Positions 9,773-19,313 of a stretch of 64,000 bases of DNA are shown here, one piece after another. The stretch lies in the NCBI GenBank assembly GCA_002010065.2, contig MTMD02000002.1:256001-320000 (forward strand), given 5' to 3'. The first letter of the stretch is position 1; every line of letters begins with the position of its first letter. The DNA comes from Candidatus Pyrohabitans jungbluthii (GTDB lineage Archaea; Hydrothermarchaeota; Hydrothermarchaeia; Hydrothermarchaeales; BMS3B). The position numbers were made by a program, and so were the translations under genes. Below the pieces are notes generated by a model. The model did no database searches. It was not told the origin of the DNA and saw only the letters and a list, made by a program, of their open reading frames with translations.

Positions 9773-11095
9773 ATGGACCTTATCCGGCTAATAGAGGAAA
9801 AGAGCGCGGGAATTGCAGTCGTAGGCATGGGTTACGTTGGCTTACCCACAGCGGCGGTGCTCGCCGCAAAGGGCTTCAGGGTTGTGGGTGCGGATATAAA
9901 CCCCAGCGTCGTGGCTTGCGTTAATCGCGGAACATCGCCGATAAACGAGCCGGGTTTGGAGGAGCTTGTGAGAGAAGCCGTGGCGAATGGTAAACTTAAG
10001 GCTGTGCTCTCCGCGCGGGAGGCAGCGCGAGAGAGCGATGTGGTAATCGTCGTTGTCCAGACGCCAATAGACGAGGAAAAGCGCCCTGATTTGAGCGCTC
10101 TCAAAAGCGCTCTGCGCGACGTCGCGGTTGCGCTGAGAAAAGAGCATCTCGTAATTATAGAGAGCACAATTCCTCCCGGTACAACCCGCAATGTAATAGC
10201 GCCTATACTTGAAGAGTCTGGGTTGAAGGCGGGAGAGGATTTCTTCCTGGCGTACTCCCCTGAGAGGGCGATACCCACGCGCACGCTGGCTGAGATTCAG
10301 AGCAATGCGCGCATTGTTGGCGGGGTAAACAGGGCAAGCTCGCAGGTAGCGGCTGCGCTGTACAGACAGATTACCAGTGGCGATGTTTACGAGGAGAGCG
10401 TTGAAGTGGTTGAGGTGGTGAAGCTCATTGAGAACACCTTCCGCGACGTAAACATCGCCTTAGCGAATGAGCTTGCGTTGCTGTGCGAAACCATAGGCGT
10501 GGATGTTATAAAGGCAATTAATCTTGCGAATAAGCATCCCCGCGTAAACCTGCACATGCCTGGTGCAGGCGTAGGCGGGCACTGCCTGCCCAAGGACCCC
10601 TACTTCCTGATAAACGAGGCGGAGAGACACGGGCTTAAGCTAAAGGTAATAGAAGCTGCGAGGGAGCGCAACGACAGCATGCCCCTGCATGTGCTCAGCA
10701 AGATAGAGGAAGCCCTGAAGAGCAAAGGTAAAAGCGTAAGCCAGGCGAAGGTTGCAGTGCTGGGGATAGCCTACAAGGGGAACACTGACGACGTTCGCCT
10801 CAGCCCTGCGGAGCCGGTTATAAAGAGCCTTATGAATCGCGGCGTTGATGTTATCTCCCACGACCCCTACGCAAAGCACGACTTCGGGGGGAGGTTCTCC
10901 AACGACCTAAAAGAGGTGGTGGCTGGAGCGGACGTGGTGGTGATACTGACCGACCACGATGAGTACAAGAAGCTTCGCTTGGAAGAAATAAAACCTCTGC
11001 TCAAGAGAGACGCTGTGGTCATTGACGGCAGACGCGTGCTGAGCAGGGAGAATGTGGAAAAAGTAGGGCTGCGCTACGCTGGCATAGGGTGCTGA
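9773..11095 (+). CDS. Nucleotide-sugar dehydrogenase (UDP-ManNAc/UDP-GlcNAc 6-dehydrogenase type)
   Basis: GMGYVGLP, ESTIPPGTT, PER, KLIENTFRDVNIA, GVGGHCLPKDP; start set at the ATG after GGGAGTGGA. Confidence 0.9.
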   Translation: MDLIRLIEEKSAGIAVVGMGYVGLPTAAVLAAKGFRVVGADINPSVVACVNRGTSPINEPGLEELVREAVANGKLKAVLSAREAARESDVVIVVVQTPIDEEKRPDLSALKSALRDVAVALRKEHLVIIESTIPPGTTRNVIAPILEESGLKAGEDFFLAYSPERAIPTRTLAEIQSNARIVGGVNRASSQVAAALYRQITSGDVYEESVEVVEVVKLIENTFRDVNIALANELALLCETIGVDVIKAINLANKHPRVNLHMPGAGVGGHCLPKDPYFLINEAERHGLKLKVIEAARERNDSMPLHVLSKIEEALKSKGKSVSQAKVAVLGIAYKGNTDDVRLSPAEPVIKSLMNRGVDVISHDPYAKHDFGGRFSNDLKEVVAGADVVVILTDHDEYKKLRLEEIKPLLKRDAVVIDGRRVLSRENVEKVGLRYAGIGC

Positions 11096-11110
11096 GAAAA
11101 ATTAAGGGGG

Positions 11111-12655
11111 TTACCCCTTCTTCGACTTCTCCCGCATTATGAAGATGCGGTTTATGGCTGAGATCATCGCCTCTACGCTGGCATTCACTATGTCTTCGCG
11201 TGCAGCTTTGCCGCTGGCGATGTTGCCCCTGCTGTCCTCCAGCTTCACCACAACCTCTGCAAGGGCGTCGCTCCCGCCGGTTATTGCCTCGAGGTGGTAC
11301 TCTGTCAGGCGAATATCCTCCACGCCAGAGAGCACCTTGCGCACAGCGTTCAGCGCCGCGTCCACAGGGCCAACGCCTGTCTCAGCGCCCATGAGCTCCT
11401 TGTCCTTGAAGCGCAGCTTCACGCTGGCAGTGGGTATAACGCGGTTGCCGGTCATCACCGCAAATTCTTCAAGGTCAACCACCTTCTCCTGCTTTGCCAC
11501 CTCTCCCACTACAGCTTCGGCTATTGCAAGGAGGTCGGCGTCAGTAACACGCTTGCCCTTATCGCCAAGCTCCTTTACCCTGCGGGTAATCTCGCGCACC
11601 TGCTCTCGCGTAGCATAGATGCCCATCTCCTGGAGCATGGCGCTTATGCCATGCGCACCCGCGTGCTTCCCGCTCACTATGCGTCTGCGATGACCCACCA
11701 TCTCCGGCGTCATAACGCCCGGCTCAAAGGTCTCCGCCTTAACGAGCACGCCATGGGTGTGTATGCCCGACTCGTGGGAGAAGGCATTCTCGCCCACGAT
11801 GGGATAGTTGGGAGGCATCCTTATGCCTGTGAGGCGCTCCACAAGCTTTGAGGTTTCGTAGAGGTACTCTGTGCGTATGTTTGTTTTAACGCGGTAAATA
11901 GAGGTGAGTGCCATCACCACCTGCTCCAAGCTTGCGTTGCCCGCGCGCTCGCCTATGCCGTTGATGGTAACCTGCACCTCCTGCGCCCCTGCTTCGACGG
12001 CAGCAAGCGAATTCGGCACGGCTAAGCCAAAATCGTTGTGGCAGTGCACATCTATGGGAATGCTCACGTTCTCATAGACCTCTTGGGTAATTTTCCGCAT
12101 AGCAGGGGGAATCATCACCCCTACCGTATCTGGGATGTTTATTATATCAGCGCCCGCCTCCTCGGCGGTCTTAAACACCTTAACAAGGTAGTCCATCTCA
12201 GTGCGCGTGGCGTCCATCGCGGAGAAGAGGCACTTGACGCCGTGAGCCTTAATGTGCTCCACCGCATTGGCTACGAGCTCCAGCACCTCCTCGCGGCTCT
12301 TTTTTATGGTGTGCTCCCGCTGTATGTCGCTCGTCGATACGAAGGTGTGCACCATGTCAACGTCGCAGTCCAGGGCGGCGTCTATATCTTCGAGGAGCAC
12401 CCTCGCCAAGCCGCAAACCTCGGCGCTCAACCCTTCTTTCGCTATCTTGGACACTGCCTCCTTCTCGCCCCGCGAGGAGATGGGAAAACCAGCCTCGATA
12501 ACGTCGACGCCCAGCTTGTCAAGCTGGCGGGCGATTGTTATCTTCTCCTCAACTGTTAAAGAAACTCCCGGCGTCTGCTCGCCGTCTCGAAGGGTGGTAT
12601 CAAAAATTCGAACCCTCTCGGGTAAGTTCATCTCACGCTTTACTTCCTCAATCAC
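11111..12655 (-). CDS. leuA: 2-isopropylmalate synthase
   Basis: [31 protein letters not shown] and C-terminal regulatory domain; start uncertain (GTG 12655 or ATG 12631); citramalate synthase not fully excluded. Confidence 0.82.
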   Translation of the reverse strand: MIEEVKREMNLPERVRIFDTTLRDGEQTPGVSLTVEEKITIARQLDKLGVDVIEAGFPISSRGEKEAVSKIAKEGLSAEVCGLARVLLEDIDAALDCDVDMVHTFVSTSDIQREHTIKKSREEVLELVANAVEHIKAHGVKCLFSAMDATRTEMDYLVKVFKTAEEAGADIINIPDTVGVMIPPAMRKITQEVYENVSIPIDVHCHNDFGLAVPNSLAAVEAGAQEVQVTINGIGERAGNASLEQVVMALTSIYRVKTNIRTEYLYETSKLVERLTGIRMPPNYPIVGENAFSHESGIHTHGVLVKAETFEPGVMTPEMVGHRRRIVSGKHAGAHGISAMLQEMGIYATREQVREITRRVKELGDKGKRVTDADLLAIAEAVVGEVAKQEKVVDLEEFAVMTGNRVIPTASVKLRFKDKELMGAETGVGPVDAALNAVRKVLSGVEDIRLTEYHLEAITGGSDALAEVVVKLEDSRGNIASGKAAREDIVNASVEAMISAINRIFIMREKSKKG

Positions 12656-12744
12656 GTAGAACGTAATCCCGTCCTGCCATGGTATCTTCTCCCGAAAAGT
12701 TGTACTCGCTTCGGAGGAGATTAACAATGTAAAGTTTAAAATAC

Positions 12745-13896
12745 CTAGACCACGCGCTCCATGCGCTCCAGCGCCTCTTCTATTCTGGCAACAGGTTGCG
12801 TAAGCGCAAACCTGACGAAGCCCTCGCCGTGCTCGCCAAAGCCCACACCAGGGGTCACGACGACGCCAGCCTCGAGGAGCTTCTCGGCGAATGCCATGGA
12901 ATTGCCATCAGGAACCTCCATCCAGAGGTAGAAGGTTGCCTTGGGTTTATCCACATTAAAGCCCAGCTTTCTCAGCCCTCGCACCAGAACATCGCGGCGC
13001 TCCTGGTAAATGCGCACATTCTCGCGCACACACTCCTGGGAGCCACGAAGCGCCGCTATCGCAGCCTCCTGAATAATCTGCGACGCTCCCGAGTCGACGT
13101 TCGTCTTCACCTTACCCAGGCCCGCGATAACTTCGCTGTTTCCAGCGGCGTAGGCGATGCGCCAGCCGGTCATGTTGTACGCCTTGGATAGCGAATCTAT
13201 AGCAATGCCCACCTCGCGGGCGCCCTCAAACTCCAGGAAGCTGCGCACGCGGTAGCCGTCAAATGCGATAGCAGAATAGGCTTCGTCGGAGCACACTATT
13301 ATATCATTATCCTGGGCAAAGTCTATCACCTCGCGGTAGAATTCCGCCTCGGCTACCGCCGCTGTTGGATTGTTCGGGTAGTTTATCCACATCATCTTTG
13401 CCTTCTTAACCTTATCGCGGGGTATCGCCTCGAGATCGGGCAGGAAGTTGTTCTCCTTGCGAAGGGGCATCGCATACGCCTCGCCGCCAGCGAAGAGCGG
13501 CCCAGTGCGGTAGACCGGATAACCCGGGTCAGGGTAGAGCACCACATCGCCGGGATTAACAAACGCGAAGTGGATGTTGTGCACCCCTTCCTTGGAGCCT
13601 ATCAGCGCTATTACCTCCTTCTCAGGGTCAAGCTCCACGCCGAAGTCCCGGCGGTAACGCTCCGCCACAGCCTCACGGAAAGCGAGCATCCCCTCGTAGC
13701 TGGGGTAGCGGTGGTTCTCAGGCTTCTTCGTAGCGTCGCAGGCGGCCTTAACTATGTGCTCAGGCGTTGGCAGGTCGGGGTCTCCCACGCCAAAGCTTAT
13801 GACGTCGACGCCTTCCTTTCGCTTCTGCGCTATCTTGCGATCAAGCTCTGCGAACAGGTATGGGGGCAGCTTCTTTATCCGCTCCGCGTACTCCAT
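12745..13896 (-). CDS. dapL: LL-diaminopimelate aminotransferase
   Basis: [45 protein letters not shown]. Confidence 0.9.
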   Translation of the reverse strand: MEYAERIKKLPPYLFAELDRKIAQKRKEGVDVISFGVGDPDLPTPEHIVKAACDATKKPENHRYPSYEGMLAFREAVAERYRRDFGVELDPEKEVIALIGSKEGVHNIHFAFVNPGDVVLYPDPGYPVYRTGPLFAGGEAYAMPLRKENNFLPDLEAIPRDKVKKAKMMWINYPNNPTAAVAEAEFYREVIDFAQDNDIIVCSDEAYSAIAFDGYRVRSFLEFEGAREVGIAIDSLSKAYNMTGWRIAYAAGNSEVIAGLGKVKTNVDSGASQIIQEAAIAALRGSQECVRENVRIYQERRDVLVRGLRKLGFNVDKPKATFYLWMEVPDGNSMAFAEKLLEAGVVVTPGVGFGEHGEGFVRFALTQPVARIEEALERMERVV

Positions 13897-13976
13897 AGTA
13901 ACACCTATAATCTTGATACTTGTGAGGAATTGTAATCTAAGATTAAAAAATTTTCCCCAGCATAGAAGGCATAGCC

Positions 13977-16028
13977 ATGAAGACGCTTATAATCACCGAG
14001 AAGCCGAAGGTCAGTCAGAAGATTGCCTACGCCATTTCAGACAAATACAAGCGGCGCAGCGCTGGAGGGGTGAGCTACTTTGAAATCTCCAGCAACGGTG
14101 AGACCATCTACGTCGCCAGTGCCGCAGGGCATCTTTACTCGCTGAAGGAGAAGAAAAACAGCTACTCCTACCCCGTGTTCGACATCGAGTGGGCTCCCCT
14201 TTACGAGGTGGATAAAAGCAAGGGCTACACGCGGAATTACATCTCCCTGCTCAAAAAGCTCGCCTCACAAGCGGACCGCTTTATTATAGCCACAGACTAC
14301 GATATTGAGGGCGAGCTTCTTGGCTACAATGCGCTGCGCTTCGCGTGTTCTGCCACGCAGGCAAAAAGGATGCGCTTCTCCGCACTCACAAAGCTAGACT
14401 TAAGGCGAGCGTATGAGAACCTCGCCGAGGTGGATATGCCTCTGGTTAAAGCTGGCGAGGCGAGGCACATAATGGACTGGTACTGGGGGATAAACACCTC
14501 TCGTGCACTTTCCAGTGCGGTTAAGACTTACTCCAAGAAGTTCACCACCTTCTCCGCTGGCAGGGTGCAGACCCCCGCTCTCGCGATACTCGTTGAGAGG
14601 GAGAAGGAGATCGCCAGCTTCGTTCCCGAGAAGTACTGGACACTGAGCGCCACCCTCAGGGTAGGCAGGAGCAGGGTTAAGGCTACCCACACACGAGGGA
14701 AGCTCTTCGACGAGGGCGAGGCTAAGCAGCTTTACTCAAAGCTCCAGGATGCGCAGGAGGCGAGGGTGGAGAAGGTGGAGCTAAAAGAAAGCGCCGTCCC
14801 CCCACCTGTACCCTTCGACTTGGGCACACTTCAGAGCGAAGCATACCGCTACTTCAGGCTCAGTCCCAAGGCAACGCAGGATATCGCCCAGTCTCTGTAC
14901 GAGAGCGGGTACATCTCATATCCCAGAACCTCCTCGCAGAAGCTTCCACCAACCATAGGTTACAGGCAGATTATTAAGGCGCTGGGGGAGAATCCCGCCT
15001 TCGCTCAGCTTGCGGAGCTTCTTCTAGCCAAGGAGAAGCTCTATCCCAGGCAGGGAAAGAAGGACGACCCAGCTCATCCTGCAATTTACCCCACTGGCGT
15101 AAAACCCAAAAAGCTCTCCTCGCGAGAGGAGAAGATCTACCTGCTTATAGTGCACCGCTTCCTCGCCACCTTCGGCGATGCGATGAAGCGCGCGAAGATG
15201 AACGTAAGGACAAGCATCCGCGGCGAGGCATTTACTTTCTCCCGCGCGAGAACACTGGAGCAGGGGTGGCGGGTTTTCTATCCCTACGCCAAGCTGGAGG
15301 AGCACACGCTTCCAAAGCTTCGCGAGGGGGACGTGCTCAAGGTGCTCAAGGTGAGCTTGGATGAAGACGAAACAAAGCCACCGGAGCGCTACAACCCTGC
15401 CTCGCTGGTGGCGGAGCTTGAGCGCCGCGGGCTGGGCACTAAAGCTACGCGCGCTGAGGTTGTGGACACCCTCTACAGGCGGGAGTACATCACAGGCGTG
15501 CCGATAAGGGTCACGCCGATAGGCATGAGCGTAATCGAAGCTCTCGCTGAGTATGTGCCGGAGATAATAAGCGAAGAGTTGACAAGGCGCTTTGAGCAGA
15601 AGCTGGAGGAGATTCAGCAGGGGAAGGCTGAGGCAGAGCGCACCCTGGAGGAGGCTAGAAAGGAGCTCACTCGCATAATGAATGAGTTCAAGCTTCGCGA
15701 GAAGGAGATTGGCGAGAAGCTCGCCCTTGCCATAGAGGAAAAGAGGAAGAGCGAGGTTATAGGCGAGTGCCCCCGCTGCGGCGGTGAGCTGCGCATCATC
15801 CGCTCAAAAAAGACAGGTAAGCGCTTCATAGGCTGTAAGAACTACCCAAGCTGCGATGTCTCATATCCACTGCCCCAGAAGCGGGGTATTTACCCCACGG
15901 ACAAGCGCTGCAACGTGTGCGGCCTGCCCATGGTGAGCATGCCCCTCGGAAAGCGCCGCGTGCTCAGCTGCATTGACATGAACTGCCGCAGCAAGGATAA
16001 GTACAGGAAGAAGCAGAAAGAAGGTTGA
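13977..16028 (+). CDS. topA: DNA topoisomerase I (type IA) with C-terminal Zn ribbons
   Basis: ITEKP, ATDYDIEGE, SAGRVQTP, ISYPRT (catalytic Tyr), GLGTKATR. Confidence 0.96.
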   Translation: MKTLIITEKPKVSQKIAYAISDKYKRRSAGGVSYFEISSNGETIYVASAAGHLYSLKEKKNSYSYPVFDIEWAPLYEVDKSKGYTRNYISLLKKLASQADRFIIATDYDIEGELLGYNALRFACSATQAKRMRFSALTKLDLRRAYENLAEVDMPLVKAGEARHIMDWYWGINTSRALSSAVKTYSKKFTTFSAGRVQTPALAILVEREKEIASFVPEKYWTLSATLRVGRSRVKATHTRGKLFDEGEAKQLYSKLQDAQEARVEKVELKESAVPPPVPFDLGTLQSEAYRYFRLSPKATQDIAQSLYESGYISYPRTSSQKLPPTIGYRQIIKALGENPAFAQLAELLLAKEKLYPRQGKKDDPAHPAIYPTGVKPKKLSSREEKIYLLIVHRFLATFGDAMKRAKMNVRTSIRGEAFTFSRARTLEQGWRVFYPYAKLEEHTLPKLREGDVLKVLKVSLDEDETKPPERYNPASLVAELERRGLGTKATRAEVVDTLYRREYITGVPIRVTPIGMSVIEALAEYVPEIISEELTRRFEQKLEEIQQGKAEAERTLEEARKELTRIMNEFKLREKEIGEKLALAIEEKRKSEVIGECPRCGGELRIIRSKKTGKRFIGCKNYPSCDVSYPLPQKRGIYPTDKRCNVCGLPMVSMPLGKRRVLSCIDMNCRSKDKYRKKQKEG

Positions 16029-16051
16029 ATATGAAGGTAGGAGGCGGGACC

Positions 16052-16402
16052 ATGGACAGAGACGAGATTGCAGAGCGTGGAGATACCGTGGTGGTGGCGT
16101 ACGTTGCCAAGACCAAAGAGGGGGAGATAGTTGATACCTCGGATGCAGAGCTTGCCGAGAAGGCTGGGATAAAGGAAAAAGCGTACTGCAGGCCCCTAAC
16201 CTTCGTGCTCGGCTCTGGAAGACTTATTAAAGGTTTTGAGGAGGCGGTTGAGGGCATGCGCAAAGGCGAGAAGCGCGTGGTTGAGGTGCCGCCGGAGAAG
16301 GGCTTTTCAGAGGGACATCCTCTGGCGGGAAAGACGCTGATTTTTGAGATTACACTGCTCGAGGTGTACAAGCGCTACTATGACGTGAGGGTGAGTGTTT
16401 AA
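16052..16402 (+). CDS. FKBP-type peptidyl-prolyl isomerase (short form)
   Basis: GDTVVVAY, PLTFVLGSGRLIKGFEEA, HPLAGKTLIFEI; GGAGG RBS before ATG 16052. Confidence 0.88.
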   Translation: MDRDEIAERGDTVVVAYVAKTKEGEIVDTSDAELAEKAGIKEKAYCRPLTFVLGSGRLIKGFEEAVEGMRKGEKRVVEVPPEKGFSEGHPLAGKTLIFEITLLEVYKRYYDVRVSV

Positions 16403-16443
16403 TCCTTTGCCCTTAGACGCATAGGAAAAAGTATATATTCCAT

Positions 16444-16462
16444 GATATCGGAATTCGATATC
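16444..16462. promoter_or_regulatory. Inverted repeat GATATCG-N5-CGATATC, probable PadR operator
   Basis: Perfect 7-bp arms between a TATATA box (about 16432) and the padR ATG (16465). Confidence 0.65.
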
Positions 16463-16464
16463 GT

Positions 16465-16767
16465 ATGGCGATAATTCGCGAAATCTTCCTGGGCTTCATA
16501 AAGGTGCACATACTCCACCACGCCTCCGAGGGCGAGATATGCGGCGTTGAGATGATGGAAGAGTTGAAGAGGCATGGCTACGCCATAAGCCCGGGAACGC
16601 TTTACCCCACGCTTCACCTGCTGGAGAGGGAAGGCTACCTGAAGGGGGAGGAGAGGCTCGTCGCCGGCAGGAGGAGGCGCTACTACCGTGCCACTGAGAA
16701 GGGGCGTAAAGCCCTGGAGGAGGCAAAGGTAAAGATTCGCGAGCTCGTTGAGGAGGTTCTGGAATGA
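16465..16767 (+). CDS. PadR-family transcriptional regulator
   Basis: ISPGTLYPTLHLLEREGYL...RRYYRATEKG. Confidence 0.92.
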   Translation: MAIIREIFLGFIKVHILHHASEGEICGVEMMEELKRHGYAISPGTLYPTLHLLEREGYLKGEERLVAGRRRRYYRATEKGRKALEEAKVKIRELVEEVLE

Positions 16768-17699
16768 TTGAGATAGCGACGTTCATCCTGGGAATAGTCC
16801 TGGTGGTGTGGGGAACAGAGCGGTTTGTGCGGGGCCTGGTAGGCTCAGCGCTCGTGCTGGGTGTTTCAACCTTTGCCCTGGGAGTAGTCTTCGGGGGCTT
16901 TGACGCCGAGAATCTGAGCGCAGGCATAGCCTCCGCTTTGAAGGGCCTGCCGGGAATATCCCTGGGCACTGTGATAGGCTCCAGCATCTTTCTGCTGGGC
17001 GCGGCGGTGGGTATAACCTCTGTGCTTGTCCCCCTCGAGGTTAGAGTGCCCGGGAAGTACATCCTCCTGACCTTCCTCTCTCCACTGCCCATGTTTGCCC
17101 TCATGCGAGACGGTATGCTCTCGCGCTACGACGGGCTCGCCCTTCTTGCAATCTCCCTGCCGGTGATAGGCTACATAGTCAGGGACTCGAGGCATGAAGC
17201 CTTTCTGGAGGAGGATGAGGAGTTCGAAGAGGTACTGGAGGAGAGGGAGGAGAAGCCAGGATGGTACTTCCCAATGCTAATGCTCCTGAGCATAGTGGTA
17301 ATCATAGCTGGGGCGGAGCTTCTGGTAAGGGGGGCAAAGGGGATAATCCAGAGCTTCGGGATAAGCGACACCCTGCTCGGCATGGTCTTCGTGGCGGCGG
17401 CGGTCAGCTTTGAGGAAGTTGCCAGGATGGTGGTGCCAGCGTGGAAGGGCCGACCCGAGATAAGCATGGGCAACATCCTGGGCACTGTGCTCTTCTTCGT
17501 GCTGTTCAACGCTGGCTTAATAGCTCTAATTGCGCCCCTGAGGGTGGAGCAGAGTGTTGTGTCCTTCCACTTCCCGGCAATGATGCTCATCTTAGCTGCC
17601 ACCTCTGCGTTTATGCTTAATGGGAAGATATCGAGGGGCAACGGTATCGTCCTGATTGTCCTCTACCTCGCCTATTTAATTTTAAACTATTACCTTTAG
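16764..17699 (+). CDS. Sodium:calcium antiporter (CaCA/YrbG-like)
   Basis: Two inverted membrane repeats with alpha-repeat-like motifs (GTVIGSSIF, GNILGT) and an acidic linker; ATGA overlap with padR. Confidence 0.85.
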   Translation: MIEIATFILGIVLVVWGTERFVRGLVGSALVLGVSTFALGVVFGGFDAENLSAGIASALKGLPGISLGTVIGSSIFLLGAAVGITSVLVPLEVRVPGKYILLTFLSPLPMFALMRDGMLSRYDGLALLAISLPVIGYIVRDSRHEAFLEEDEEFEEVLEEREEKPGWYFPMLMLLSIVVIIAGAELLVRGAKGIIQSFGISDTLLGMVFVAAAVSFEEVARMVVPAWKGRPEISMGNILGTVLFFVLFNAGLIALIAPLRVEQSVVSFHFPAMMLILAATSAFMLNGKISRGNGIVLIVLYLAYLILNYYL

Positions 17700-17710
17700 G
17701 AGGTTCTAAA

Positions 17711-18133
17711 ATGGGAGAAAAAATCGCTGGAAAGACGAAGTTTGGTGAGCTGACTATAGACGATATCGCGGGCATGCAGCCCTGCATGAGCAGAGTGATG
17801 CGCCAGTACACGGAGCGGTACAGCATAATGTACCACGCGTGCAAGGCGCGCAACTGGAAGCTGGGCTTGTACCAGCTCAAAGAGATACGCGAGATTGCCG
17901 CCGTTGGAGCAAAGACGCGCCCCCAGTGGGCCAAGGAACTGGAGGACTTTGACCGCGAGTATCTCGTGCCCATAGAGGAGGCGATGAAGAAGCAGGACTG
18001 GCAGGCTTTTGAGGAGGCTTACATGAGGAGCACAGAGGCGTGCAACGAGATACATCGCAGAATAGGCTACGGGTATATAAAGTATAAGCTACCGGAGTCG
18101 CCGCCCGACTGGCTGGACCTTACACCTGAATAA
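17711..18133 (+). CDS. Conserved hypothetical protein, probable four-helix bundle
   Basis: GGAGG RBS; helical pattern with NWKLGLYQLKE and CNEIH. Confidence 0.7.
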   Translation: MGEKIAGKTKFGELTIDDIAGMQPCMSRVMRQYTERYSIMYHACKARNWKLGLYQLKEIREIAAVGAKTRPQWAKELEDFDREYLVPIEEAMKKQDWQAFEEAYMRSTEACNEIHRRIGYGYIKYKLPESPPDWLDLTPE

Positions 18134-18194
18134 ACGAACATGTTCGTAGATAGGATTAACTCCGATGAGCGCATATATTATACTGTGATGAAAA

Positions 18195-18509
18195 ATGCAG
18201 GTGATAGACTTAAGCGAATATGCGCAGTTTAAGGAAGATGAGAAGGTGCTGAAGCTACTCCACGACTCGCCCAGCTGGCGGATAATAAACTTCAATTTCG
18301 AGGCAGGGCAGGAGTTGCCGGTGCACAGCCACGACGTGGATAGCGAGGTTATGATTCTGGTGCTTGAGGGCGAGGGTTACTTCATAGACGGGGAGCGCGA
18401 GGTAGAGGCGAAGCCTGGGAGCATGCTGATTAGCAAAGTTAGCGAGCCCCACGGCGTTAAGGCAAAGACGCGCATGCGTGTGCTGGTTGCGATTGCCCCG
18501 CCGATATAG
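18195..18509 (+). CDS. Cupin domain protein
   Basis: GQELPVHSH...VLEGEG...PHGVKA. Confidence 0.88.
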   Translation: MQVIDLSEYAQFKEDEKVLKLLHDSPSWRIINFNFEAGQELPVHSHDVDSEVMILVLEGEGYFIDGEREVEAKPGSMLISKVSEPHGVKAKTRMRVLVAIAPPI

Positions 18510-19313
18510 TTACTTCACCCTTTCCAGCAGAGCATTGACGTCGGCGCTGCGCGGCTCAACGCGCACAGGCTCCTCATAGGTGCTTCTCTCCTCCCTGTAG
18601 AATATCCCTATGGGTATTCCGTCTTGAGTATAAGCCAGCTGAAGAGCCTCGTCGAAGCTCGCCGGTTCCTCCAGCTTATACACCTTCTCCCTGTAAAGCT
18701 TCCATGTGTTGTTGAATGTGACGCAGGGCTGAAGCACATCCACAAACGCAAAGCCCCTGTGGAGTATCGCCTCCTTAATTATTTCTTTAAGGTGCTTCGC
18801 ATCGCCGGCATAACCGCGAGCAACGAAGCTCGCTCCCGAGGCAAGCATCAGCGCTACTGGATTAAGCGGCTCTTCGGGGTTGCCTTCCGGGGTGCTCCTC
18901 CCCCTGAAGCCCTTCGCACTGGTAGCTGTAGCCTGGCCTGTGGTTAGGCCATAGACAGCGTTGTTGTGGACTATGAGCGTGGCGTCGATGTTCTTCTTTG
19001 CGGCGTGGATTAGATGCACTAAACCCTCGTTATACGCATCGCCATCGCCCGCGAATCCTACGACGGTTAGCTTGGGATTCGCCAGCTTTATACCAGCGAG
19101 CATCGCTGGCACTCTGCCGTGGATGGTGTGAAAGCTGCTGAGCGTTAGGTAGTCGGCTATCTTGCCATGGCAGCCAACGCCGGAGACGAGTACCATCTTC
19201 TTTAAATCCATAACCTCTGCCAGCTCTGCAGCGGCGTCCTTGAAAGCCTTTAGAATGCCGAAGTTTCCGCACCCCGGGCACCAGACTATCTTCGCGCGCG
19301 TGGCAAGCTTCAT
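18510..19313 (-). CDS. 2-oxoacid:ferredoxin oxidoreductase beta subunit (TPP-binding)
   Basis: WCPGCG, GVGCHG, GDGDA, YGLTTGQ, VLQPCVTFN. Confidence 0.93.
   Translation of the reverse strand: MKLATRAKIVWCPGCGNFGILKAFKDAAAELAEVMDLKKMVLVSGVGCHGKIADYLTLSSFHTIHGRVPAMLAGIKLANPKLTVVGFAGDGDAYNEGLVHLIHAAKKNIDATLIVHNNAVYGLTTGQATATSAKGFRGRSTPEGNPEEPLNPVALMLASGASFVARGYAGDAKHLKEIIKEAILHRGFAFVDVLQPCVTFNNTWKLYREKVYKLEEPASFDEALQLAYTQDGIPIGIFYREERSTYEEPVRVEPRSADVNALLERVK

Noticed and set aside
12648-12680. Upstream peptide [10 protein letters not shown] overlapping the leuA start, as an attenuator leader
   Set aside because: Only one Leu and one Val, with no terminator/antiterminator seen; could be chance or a start-region frameshift.
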